From Pseudovirgaria hyperparasitica (lineage: Eukaryota): a stretch of DNA of 64,000 nt. The notes under the pieces are model-generated. The model searched no databases. It was given only the letters and a program-made list of their open reading frames with translations, and was not told where the DNA came from. Position numbers and translations under genes: made by a program. Below are positions 39,150-50,033 of the stretch, one piece after another; the first letter of the stretch is position 1; each line of letters starts with the position of its first letter. The DNA lies in assembly GCA_010093815.1 (NCBI GenBank), contig ML996565.1; one strand, given 5' to 3'.

Positions 39150-40610
39150 CTCTCTCTCTCTCTCTCCCTCTATCTCTCTCTCTGTGTGTGAATGTGTGTG
39201 TGAATGAGTGTGTGCTGCTCTTGATGGACGCAAATTTGAAAGGACTTCTTTCAGTCAGTGTGTGTGTGACGAAAACACAGCATTGATGCGTGGGCAGTCC
39301 ATGCACCATGTATGTTGTGTGTATAATTATACCGTGTATTTTCTGCCGAAAGAGAACAATGATAATAATGACGCAAAGGCGGAGGCAGAACCTTGGACAG
39401 TGCAGGAGATGGCTCCGAGCTGTGATTATGACAGGACAGCCAAACAACACTGTGGATTACTTACTGCTGCAATGATGTCGATACTAATTACTGCTGCTAT
39501 GGTAGTACTGACAGCCTTTATTATATCCTTTTGACGGAGTAATTGCAGTCGTAACAGTAGCTTTAGACGTTAGCTAGACAGTAGCTATAGACTCTCGTAC
39601 TTCTATACTAATTACATACTGTGTTTATAAGACACACACAGTAGTAGTAATGAGTAGGTAGGTAGGTAGGTAGGTATAATAGCTACAGTAGCTGCTGCAA
39701 CCCCCCCGAGACAGGGCGGCAGTACAGGACACAAAGTACTGCTATGTGCCTGTATATACTTGGGTGAGAGCCAAGAATACGGGGGGTGCAGTCTTGTCAC
39801 GAAGCGGGCATCGCGGCTACCGTCGGGGCTGTCAGCTGCTGCTTTTTCCGGGGGGGAAGAATTTGGGGGGGATTTAGGAGGGGGGGGGGGAGGGAGGTGA
39901 GCAAAAGGGAGGAATCCCATCACATTCACTCCACCTCGTGATCCATACACCTAAACATTCAACACCACAAAACACCACCAAAACCACCACAACCACCACG
40001 TCCACCACATCCACCACCAAAAGTAGGCGCATTGCTCTTTCTGGCGGCCCGAGAACGGCATATATCATTACTACATGGCAATTTATCCTTGAGAGCCGTC
40101 GTGGTAATAAGCATCTAGGTATATGTATACATAGTGCTAGCACACATCAACAACCTTAACGCCGCCGCTGCTGCTGCTGCTGCTGCTGCTTCTTCTTCTT
40201 CTTCCCCACAATAATCATCATGGCACTGACAAGAACGACAACACACTGGACAATGCATCATTCCACGGCCTTGTGGCCCTCAGACCAGCCAATCGCACCA
40301 CCTGCTCTGAACGTTCTCCTTGTCTCCTTCAGCCTGGGCCAATCACTATCATCGTTACCTTCTTTACCCTGGGAGGATCCGACAAAGTCAGAGAGGCGAA
40401 GCAGCATGCATTTCATCCTTTCCTCATCTCGCCCGCTCGTCCTGCCATCCATGCCATGATCAATCACTACACATCACACATCACCCGTCTCCCTTCTCCC
40501 GTCACCCACCTCCCGCTACTGGCCGAAGGAAAGAGAGAGAAAAAAATAAGCAACAAAAGACCAGCGTTAAAAAGTCGATATAACCTTGATGCTGCTGCTG
40601 CTGCTGCTGC
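39150..40610. repeat. Microsatellite-rich intergenic region: (CT)n, (TG)n, (TAGG)n, G-runs, (ACC)n, (GCT)n/(TCT)n
   Basis: Directly visible simple repeats between the kinase and regulator genes. Confidence 0.9.
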
Positions 40611-41001
40611 GCCCAAAACCGCCTAGTCCGCCCGGCTTTTCCAGACTGGTTGGCTCTATACCTTTCTGGGACTTCTGCCATGTATGCAGCCCATGTCATA
40701 ACGTATATCTGCGGCGAACCATCCGTCCAAATAATCACTTAATTACTATAGGATGCTACTTAGTGCGCACCAAGAACGGCAACCGAAGAACCGGCCTCGG
40801 GCGAGCGACCGGGTTCAGGGTGCACAGATATGGTCCTGCGTCGTGGACAAACCCCCAAATAGGTCGTAAAAGAAGCCTTGGCCACTACGCACGAGTGTAT
40901 GCAGGTGCATAACTTTCTACTGCGTGCTGCATGTTGTAATACTATCATGCACATAATAAGGTAGTACGCCCCATGTCCCTGGTCTTTCTCTCTTTCTCTC
41001 T

Positions 41002-41071
41002 NNNNNNNNNNNNNNNNNNNNNNNNNNNNNNNNNNNNNNNNNNNNNNNNNNNNNNNNNNNNNNNNNNNNNN
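41002..41071. other. Assembly gap (70 N) in a CT-rich tract
   Basis: Run of N flanked by (CT)n and a C-run; true size unknown. Confidence 0.99.
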
Positions 41072-41528
41072 CCCCCCCTCTCCTCCTTTCCCCCACTCAG
41101 CCAAAACAAGCTCCATCCACGCAACTATGCATCCACTATGCCGCCTCCATTGACGAACGTTCAAAATGTTTGCCATTAAAAACTATGACTCGCTCGCCTT
41201 CGCGAACTTCAGTATGGATCCGCTCTCCTCTACTGCTCTTCAAGCCTGTAGCGTCCAACCTTTTGATTCATTCATTCTTCCACCCTCTGAATCGCCTTTG
41301 TCGACTCGTCCTGATTCTTCTCCTCCTCCAAACGCCCTGTTCACCGACTACTCATTCTCTTCAACCTCGCCTTTTCCCTCGTAACGGTAACGAGCTGCTT
41401 CTGTTCCTTCACCTCACTCACGCACACTACTCACACACATACACACATACACACATACTCATACACAATATCTCACTCTCCCACCCTCTCTCTCACACTC
41501 TCACGTGCTCCACCTACCCCTCGACACG

Positions 41529-43942
41529 ATGATTCTCACACCCACTCAAGAAGAGTCTCACAAATCTGGGCTGAATGGGCAACGGAAGCCCCGTAAACCA
41601 AGAGGTCGGGGACTTCGTACCACAACAGGCTGGTAAGCATTGCTCAGTACCGTACCTTGCAACAGCATCATGCGCGCTCCAGCTTTTTTTTTCTTGCGCC
41701 CCCTCGAAAACTGGAGATGACATGACTCCCGTATAAACTCTTCCGGTGCGCGTGCTTGCTTGCTCAGGTGGCTCACATATGACGACTCAGTGCGGTATGT
41801 AGACGCAGGCATATGAAATGCGACGAAGTCAAGCCTGTGTGCGGGCCCTGTGCAAAAGGTAACCGCGACTGTGTATACGGACATGCAAAAGTACGTGGGA
41901 TAAACACTTCCTTTCTTTCCTTCTCCATTCAGTGCAAGGACCTGGAGCTTGAGCTTGTTGAACCCCCCCAAAGCCATAAAACAATCCATCTGCACGACAT
42001 CAATCTGTAAGCAAGCAAGCAAACAAGCAAGCTTTGCGGTTGTGAACGGATGAGCCCTGAGACAAGGCAGGCCTCTCTGACTGGGGGGGCATCAGGCCTC
42101 TCTCGAATCGGGTGGCATATAAAGCGGTGATATTGACCTTTCCGTACAGTCTCCGTGTAGCACTGCGGGCTCAGGCACAAGTGACGTTGAACCACCCTCC
42201 CGAACTCAATCTGGACGTCTGCCTCCCTCCACAACCTGGCAACAACCACTTCCGTTAAGATCGTCAGCTCCCTCAAACAACACTCCATATCCACAGTCCG
42301 CTCTCGATGCACGTCTACAAACTATTCCTGCCCTGTCCACCCTTCCAACACAGCACTGGGCCCAGAACAAGCAACGTCATAGTCCAGGCAGTGAGCCCGA
42401 CCTAGGACAGCTCCCGTGGAATCAAACAACAACAGCAGCAGCAACAAGCTATGGCGACTCCCAAGATTCGACTCCTGTCTCCAGCGTCCTCGAGCCGCAT
42501 CGCTGGTTTGGCCTGCTGGCCGAGGACTGTCCATTCGATGACAACGACTATTTCACGGCTAGACGGAATGAGATGATGCGGCTACAGGCTCAAAGTGCCA
42601 GCAACAGCCCAACCGCCAGAGCAAGTTTGCCAGATACCGACAGTGGATATCCCACGCCCCAGATGTCACACTTGAACTCGCCACACCTTGGCCTGCCGCC
42701 GTCGTTGATGCCCTCGATGGCTCCTCGAAGCTCAGTGCCGAATGGCGACGAACGTGAGCTGTGGCAGGCCCCCATCACCCTCACTGATCATCAGATCTGC
42801 CTCTTCAGCACATTCGTCAACCATCTAAGCTTGTGGCTTGACCTCTACGATCCCTTGAAGCATTTCTCGACCATGGTACCCCAGCTTGCCCTGTCCAATG
42901 AAGGTCTCATGAAAGCCATTCTGGCCCTTGCTGCCCGCCATCTCTCTATCAAGCCTCAGGACTGCAACGTTAGGCCCGATCGCACCGAGGCTGTGCAGTA
43001 TTATTCCGAGACTCTGCAGTATCTCCAGCGTGCCATGAAGTACGAGTCCTACACGCGCAGCCCCGACATCATCGCTACTGCCCTCATTGTTTCGGCGTAC
43101 GAGATGATTGACGGCGCCGGCAAGTCCTGGGAGCGCCATCTTAAGGGCGTCTTTTGGATCCAGCGATCGCAGGAGAACCATGGTGAGTCAGGTGGGTTGC
43201 GACAGGCCGTCTGGTGGGCGTGGTTGCGTCAGGATATCTGGGCGGCCTTCCGCGAGCGGAGAAAGTGCTTCTCTTTCTGGAGGCCCAAGAAGTCTTACTC
43301 CATGATGAACCAATACGAGATTGCGAATCGTGTCGTGTACCTCGCTGCCCAAGCTGTGAATTACGCCTCTGAGGAGGAGCGCAAGGCTGGCGAGGCCAAT
43401 GTGCAACAACGCATGGACAATGCTGACACCCTGTTGAATATGCTGGATGACTGGAAGAGGCACTTGTCCATCCACTTCCAAGAGCTGCCCATCCCGAAGA
43501 GTTCCAACAGTGACGCGGCCTTCCAGATCCACTGGATCAACCCATCTCCATTTGGTAGCTTTCCCAAACCCTCCAGTCATATCTTCCATGCTCTTTACTG
43601 ACCGCACCCTCAGCTTGCGCCATGCAATACTACCATTTTGCTCGTATCCTCCTCATGATCCACCGCCCTGCACCAGGTGGTTATCTGGAATACTCGAATC
43701 GCAACAGTACCATTGCAGAGTCAATCGACGTTATCGGCGGCATCGCCATGACGATCAAGGACCACGCTGCCACCATCCTCTCCACGCAAGCTTTATACTG
43801 CGCCGCTCTCTACACCTCCGACCCGTCCAAGCAGGCTGCCCTCTGCAAGATGATTGAGGAACACCAAGATCGCACCGGGTGGCCGGTCATCCAGCTCAAC
43901 GAGGAGCTGCGCATGGAGTGGTCATGTCAGGGTCCTTTGTAA
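41529..43942 (+). CDS. Zn(II)2Cys6 transcription factor with C-terminal fungal-specific TF domain, 4 exons
   Basis: Spliced KPRGRGLRTTTG-C|AVCRRRHMKCDEVKPVCGPCAKGNRDCVY; RWFGLLAED; WLDLYDP..HFS..VPQLA..LMKAILALAARH, YEMIDG..WERHLKGVFWIQ; introns 41633-41790, 41891-42149, ~43555-43613. Start codon is a best guess. Confidence 0.92.
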
Positions 43943-45395
43943 GTAGTAGTCTTGTACTCCTTCTGGGTTTGTTGTTCTTGCAAGATGTGGTTTGCGGGCT
44001 CTGTTCGGACTTTGACCGTTCGTTAGCGCTCGTTGGCTGACCTTGCAATGCCAGCATGTTTCCGACTCCCCCTGACGAGAGCGATATCCTGCCTGACAGA
44101 TACTTTGACATGAGCATGGTGTCGTCGGGCCCGTTGCAAGATGCGAAGATGGCCATGCACTGACATGGCTCTGCCCAACCGGACAACTTCTCTATACAAC
44201 AAACGTTTCTCCCGTTCCCTGTCCCTTACTCAGCCTTTCGAAGCGACGTCAGCAAGGAAGATACGTACATATTGCCTTCTCTTCTTTTCCTATGTTGAGA
44301 TGTGGGCGGGTCTCACTTTTTGGCGTTTCGGGATGTCCACAAGAAAACGATGCATCTTCATTCTGATTGGCGAATGTCGTCCTCCATCGATCTTTGTTAC
44401 AAGGTCTTTGCATGTCACGGTCGTGACAAGACATGTGCGGGGCGCCAAAGGCGTTTTTCACATGATGCTCCGTATACCACTTCTCTCCGGCACATGTCAT
44501 GGTGGGTGCGTGTAGTCATTGGCGTCTTTTTTTTCTTTCTTCTCCTTGCCGGATGCTTACCATAGGCCGAATATGCGGGCCAGTGTAGCGCTGGGGTTTT
44601 GGTTTTGAGGTATGAATACATGATGGGGCATGACTGTGAGAGAAACGACTCCAGGAGACGACTACTTGAGAGATGACTGGTGAAAACGACTTGAGAGATG
44701 ACTGAGAAAACGACTGTAGGAACACACTGTAGGATATATACGTATATATGGCTTGTTGAGAGCTAGGCAAGTTGCAACCTACCGATCGACCGTCCCGGGG
44801 TCTATGTTTTCATGTATTTTCCTTTCTCTTTTCTTTTGCACTTTCCCTGCGAATATAGAACATCTTTGGGCGGGTTGTTTTTGGGGGATGGGGAAGCGGG
44901 AGTTTTTTGGGGGTTTTTTCGTGATTCTCCATTCGTTATCGTTCGAACCGTACACGAAAAAAGTCTGATCTTTCACGAGACTTGGGATGAGGGGAGTGGA
45001 AAGGCAAAAATTGAGGGAGGAGGAGGATGAGGATGAGGAAAAAGAAGAAGCTGGATCTTTCGTTCTTCTTGTCAAGTGCCGATGCGTTCTGCTGTGTCAA
45101 CAAGCGAGAACAACAACAAAGGCAACATGGGAGAGAGAGGGAGCACTCGCTGCGCTGCTTGCTGTTCTGTATGCATGTATGTATGTATGTACGACATTCT
45201 TTTCTTCTTACCTATACAACGCAATATCGTCAGTAGTCTTCTTTTCCTCATTTCGTGTCTTGCGTGCCAAGGATAAACAGGGGAGGGGGTAGGGGGGGCA
45301 AGGAAGCATTCCATCGGTGCTCACTGCTGCATGCTCACATAGTCATCGATCCACCCCCTTCCCCCCTCCCCCTTCTCTACTCCCCTCTGTCCCCT

Positions 45396-46321
45396 CTACA
45401 TCTGTCCCCATTGTCCGCCTCCCAACAAATCCCCCCCCACAACCCCAATCCCAATACAAAACAAAATCAAAAAATCAACAAATCCCAATCCCCCCATTAA
45501 CCTGCACATCCACACCCGTCACATACCCGGCCGCCCCGCTGAGCAGGTACACATACGCACTCCCGACCTCCTCGACGCTGGCCAGTCGCGGCAGGCCGCC
45601 GTAGTAGTGCAGCTGGGTGGCCCAGTCGGGTTGGCGGGAGACCCAGGATGTCATTGCTGTTTTTACGAGGCTTTTTTTTTTCGGTTAGATTTTTGGGGAG
45701 AGGAGGGGAGAGGAGGGGAGGATAGGGGGAGATAAAAAGGAGAGGGGAAAAGGGAGAGGGGGAGGATAATGGGGGAACAACGTACCCTGGTGAGACGGAG
45801 TTGACGCGGATGTTGTACTGGGACCATTCGAGCGCGAGGGTTTTGGTCATGTTGCGGATTCCTGTGGTGGGTTAGGGGAGGAGATTGAGGGGGAAGGAAG
45901 TAGAGTAGAGTAGAGTAGAGTAGAGTAGAGTAGAGTAGAGTAGAGTAGAGTAGAGTAGAGTAGAGGCCACACGTACCCGCTTTCGACGCACCGTAGGGCG
46001 CAGATGGGACGCGCTGTCGTACGGAGGAGGAGGTTAGCATCAGTTGCTGAACTCTTGGTACTGATGGTGACGGGTAGGTAGGTAGGTAGGTAGGTAGGTA
46101 GGTAGGTAGTGTAGTCTCAGTGCCAACGGTCTATCCATCACAAAACGCACAAAAGACCCACCTTATTCGGCCTATGCGACGCCATAGACGCCGTAAAGAC
46201 CACAGACCCAGCAATACCAAGCCTGATAAACGCGCGAGCCGCGACGCGCGCAGCATAGAACGAGCCGTAAAGCTAACACGTGTTTGATTACATGTCAGTA
46301 TGACGCGCGACAAAAAAAGAC

Positions 46322-46362
<41 letters not shown>

Positions 46363-46629
46363 AAGGACTGAGATGATGAAAGAATTGACACAAAGGGAAG
46401 GCCCCCTACATTTACCCCCCACAACCCCTCGATATCCGCCGCCGTGAATTCGAGCGCAGGCTTGTGCATCGTCCGGCCGGCATTCGCGACCACGCCGTCG
46501 ATGCGGCCCTCGCGCGCGATGATCTCGTCGATTGCGCGCGTGAGTTCGTCTTCGCGCGTTACGTCTGCTGTTAGGGCGTGGAGCTGGCCTGGGTAGCGCG
46601 CCGCTACGGCTTCGAAGTCGTTGTTGGTT

Positions 46630-46661
<32 letters not shown>

Positions 46662-47087
46662 GCTGTTGTTGCCCGTGTCTGGCACGACGCCGCTGATGTC
46701 GAGCGAGTATACGGCTGTGGCGCCGTTGGCGAGACAGCAGTCTGCGATGCCGAGGCCGATGCCTCTGTTTGCGCCGGTGACTGTGGGGTGGGGGGTTTGG
46801 TGGTTAGGAGGGGGGCTTGGTGGGGTGGGAGATCTGTGTGGTGTTTTTTCTTGTGGTGGTGATGCGAGGTCGGTGTGGTAAAGGGTTGGGGGGATGATGA
46901 ATGATGACGATCATGATGATGATGATGGATGGACGGCAGACGTACTGGCGATGATTTTCCCGTCGAGCGAGATTTTCTTCTGTGGGTTGGTTGGGATGAC
47001 GGTGAGATCTGTTGTTGTCGGTGTTGTTGTTGATGTTGCGGTTGATGAGGCGGCTGGAGGCGCGTCAGGAAGTGATGAGGATGCCAT
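45396..47087 (-). CDS. Short-chain dehydrogenase/reductase SDR-B, paralogue of SDR-A, ~6 exons (C-terminus uncertain)
   Basis: Manual splicing gives KISLDGKIIA|ITGANRGIGLGIA..YSLDI..VANAG..HKPALEFT..GVN|LYGSFYAAR..VFTASMASHRPNK|RVPSAPYGASKA|GIRNMTKTLALEW..IRVNSVSPG|LVKTAMTSWV..QLHYYGGLPRLA..YVTGVDVQVNG; introns are filled with microsatellites. Confidence 0.87.
45901..45965 (+). repeat. (TAGAG)13 microsatellite in an SDR-B intron; (TAGG)n at ~46074-46108 and (AG)n at ~46327-46359 lie in other introns
   Basis: Perfect repeats seen directly. Confidence 0.97.
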
Positions 47088-47607
47088 CTTGACGGGTTTT
47101 TTCGCTCGAGGAATAGGGGATGGTGGATGGTGGACGGTGGAGGACAACACTGTCGCTGCTGCATGGCGGCATATATAACCAGCGACTCCGGCCGCCTATA
47201 TCAATAGTACAGGCGTCTTCATGCAGGCCTCCCGATGCGTCGGTACGGCCCAGTACCAATGAAGCATCTAAACCCGGAACTTGGGTACAGTGTTTGATGC
47301 CTCGAGACGAGGAGGCTTTTTGTGGGTGGATCAGATAGATGTCCGACCTCAAAGGTCGTCGAGTCTTACTTTCCCCCCATTTAACCTGAATTATCCGGAA
47401 GAACTCTTCCAGCAGCTGGTCCCAATGGTGTTTGATTTGAAATCAACCTCGAGACTTGCATATGTTGTTGTGCTGTGGATGGTGGGAGTGATCATTTGAC
47501 AAGACGTCGAATTGAAGTTATTATTTTACAACTATTCCTGGTTTAGCTAAGCTAGGAGCTGTGTGGTCGTAACGCCTACGCACCTCATTGGACACCCACT
47601 ATCCGAT

Positions 47608-48649
47608 ATGTCACCTCAATCGCCGACGTTGAAGGGAAACAAGACCGTGAAGATCCTGCGCGATGCAGAGGACGGCGGTTATGGCATCGTTGCGCCTATT
47701 GTGTATGCCTTGCTCTTTCAACCCCTTCCCCCTACCATACAACTAGACGCCTTCGAGCATGGTACTGATTCCAATGCACAAGCTACAACATAGGGCACAT
47801 CATAGCGTGCATCCAAGCCGCCGAGCGCAAACGGTCGCCGTTGATCATACAGATGTTCCCATGGGCAATCACAGTCTCAGATGGCCTGATCGTCCACGCT
47901 GCCGCTCTCGCAGCATCCAAGGCTTCGGTCCCCATATCGATTCATCTGGATCACGCGCAAGATGAAGCACTGATCCGGTACGCTGCTGACACGCTGCCGT
48001 TTGACAGTATCATGGTCGACATGTCCCACTACGAAAAAGAAGAGAACCTTGCAAAGACCAAGGAGCTGGTGAGGTATTGCAAGGAGCGCGGCATCGCAAC
48101 CGAAGCGGAGCCTGGGAGGATAGAGGGCGGGGAAGACGGGATTGCGGACACTGCAGACTTGGAGGGCATGTTGACGACGCTTGACGAAGTTGACGAGTTC
48201 ATCGGTACGGGCGTCGACTTTCTTGCGCCGGCGTTTGGAAATGTGCACGGCGAGTATGGGCCGAAGGGACCGCAATTGGAGTTCGATAGGTACGGCAGTC
48301 CATCCATCTGTTGGCGCCTGTCAGCAGCTCCTTTTCTCAATCTCGTCTCTAACGTCATCATGACAGACTCGACGCCCTTCGCAAGCATGCCGCCGGTCGT
48401 GTTCGGATCGTGCTACACGGGACGAACAGCTTCTCCGAGGAAACCATGCGCGAGTGTATACGGCACGGCGTGACGAAAGTCAACGTCAACAAGCTAGTTC
48501 TGGACGACTACCATTCGCATCTGCAATTGAACGCTAGCAAGCTGAGTCTAACCCAGCTGATAGAGGAAGGTATCAAGGAAACGGTGAAGCTGCTCGAGTG
48601 GCAGATGGACGTCTGCTGGTCGACAGGCAAAGCTAGCGCGACGAAGTAG
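47608..48649 (+). CDS. Class II (Zn-dependent) ketose-bisphosphate aldolase, non-glycolytic short type, 3 exons
   Basis: SPLIIQ, IHLDH, MVDMSH, EAEPGRIEGGEDG, LAPAFGNVHGEY, VLHGT, KVNVN; introns ~47703-47782 and 48290-48367; ~290 aa, shorter than and unlike glycolytic Fba1. Confidence 0.92.
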
Positions 48650-48808
48650 GCGAGGCTCCAGAAATGCTAAGCAGACGTTTGTTTGTGGTGAGCCACCTGC
48701 GTGAATGTCACAATCTTCGTCTTGAAGGATGACCGTAGGCCGATGGTAGTCTCGCTCCCAGAACGCCAACACAGAATGACACAAGCCCACGCTCGAAATG
48801 ATGCGGTT

Positions 48809-49603
48809 TCATCCAAAAACACCAGCCCTTCTCATGACTCCCACGAACTCATCTCTCTTTACTCCCTTTTTGACCCCGTTGTTTCCCTGGTCCCCATTCG
48901 CGACCAGAATCATATCCTTCAACACCTCATCGGGAACCTCCTCCTTCAGCTCCCTCGCCACAAGCTTCAGATGCGCCATCGTGATTGGCCCGTCGTGCCC
49001 ATGGGTGAATAATTGCCAAGCATGCTCGATTTCCTCGTCCTGTGCCTCTTCTTGTTCGGCGTCTGACCCGTCATCTGGCCGGTTATTCAGCAGTAGAGCT
49101 GCGTACGCAAGGAAAGGCCCGAAAGTGATGTATCCCGTCTCGGTGGGATCAAGTGTTTCGAAGAGCTCTGGCAGTTCGCGCGAGGATACGCTCAGGTTGA
49201 GTGCTCTGGCAACCGTCAGTTTTCTTGCATCAATCTTTCGTCCTGGCTGGAGTGTGCGCACATCAGACACCGTCGTACATCTTCTCTTCGGAGCGCTTCC
49301 TCGGCTTCTACTTCTTTCGCCTTGCCCTTCCCTTTCCTCCGCCGCCGTCCAGTCCCGAGCACCTCGTCTGCGTCCTCTTCATCATGGTCATGCTCGGCCT
49401 GTTCGATTGGCGCTCTTGTCGCAAAGAGATTGAAGGCCTCTGTGATCTCGTGGACCTGTGCGTCTGTGATGTTGTTCTCCTTTGCGAGTTTGGAGCGTGC
49501 TGGCTTGGGCGCAGCGGCGGCTGGTGGAGGAGCGCGGCGTTTGGGCGGCTGATCATAGTAAGCTTGGGAAGTAGAAATCGAGATCTTGCTCGAAACATAC
49601 CAT
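48809..49603 (-). CDS. EF-hand calmodulin/centrin-like protein, 3 exons
   Basis: ATG|GTATGT microexon, PPKRR..RSKLAKENNIT..EITEAFNLF, DVRRCL, LDPTETGYITFGPF, AWQLFT..GPITMAHLKLVARELKEEV..LKDMILVANG..DEFVGVMRRAGVF; introns 49600-49549 and ~49260-49205. Confidence 0.82.
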
Positions 49604-50033
49604 GCTGGGACCGGGTATGGCAAATGAGTTTGGACGCGTACTTGCAAAAGAGTGGTCGCCTGTCTGGCGGATGATGCTGACGATGATGATCAACCCCGCC
49701 TTGCGTACATTACAGCCTGCAGGGTATGCAATGATCACGCCCAGCATTACGTCGTTACTGTCATGGCGGCGACGAAACTTGAAACATCAATTCACGCATG
49801 CAGGTTTTATACTTCGTGCACCTAAATTTAGCTCTACTTGATATATGAGCGAAATGACTTGGTTGTCGACTACCGGATAGCTTGTCAACAACAACACGAG
49901 TTCTGTTTCCTAACGTCACATTGCAACTACTCATACTACTCCTGCTCCTGTACCGGATCACTGTCCAGGCAGCACGACAATCTTTCTTGCTGCTTGGTCT
50001 ACTATTCCTTCTCTCACTTCCCGACCAGTCACA

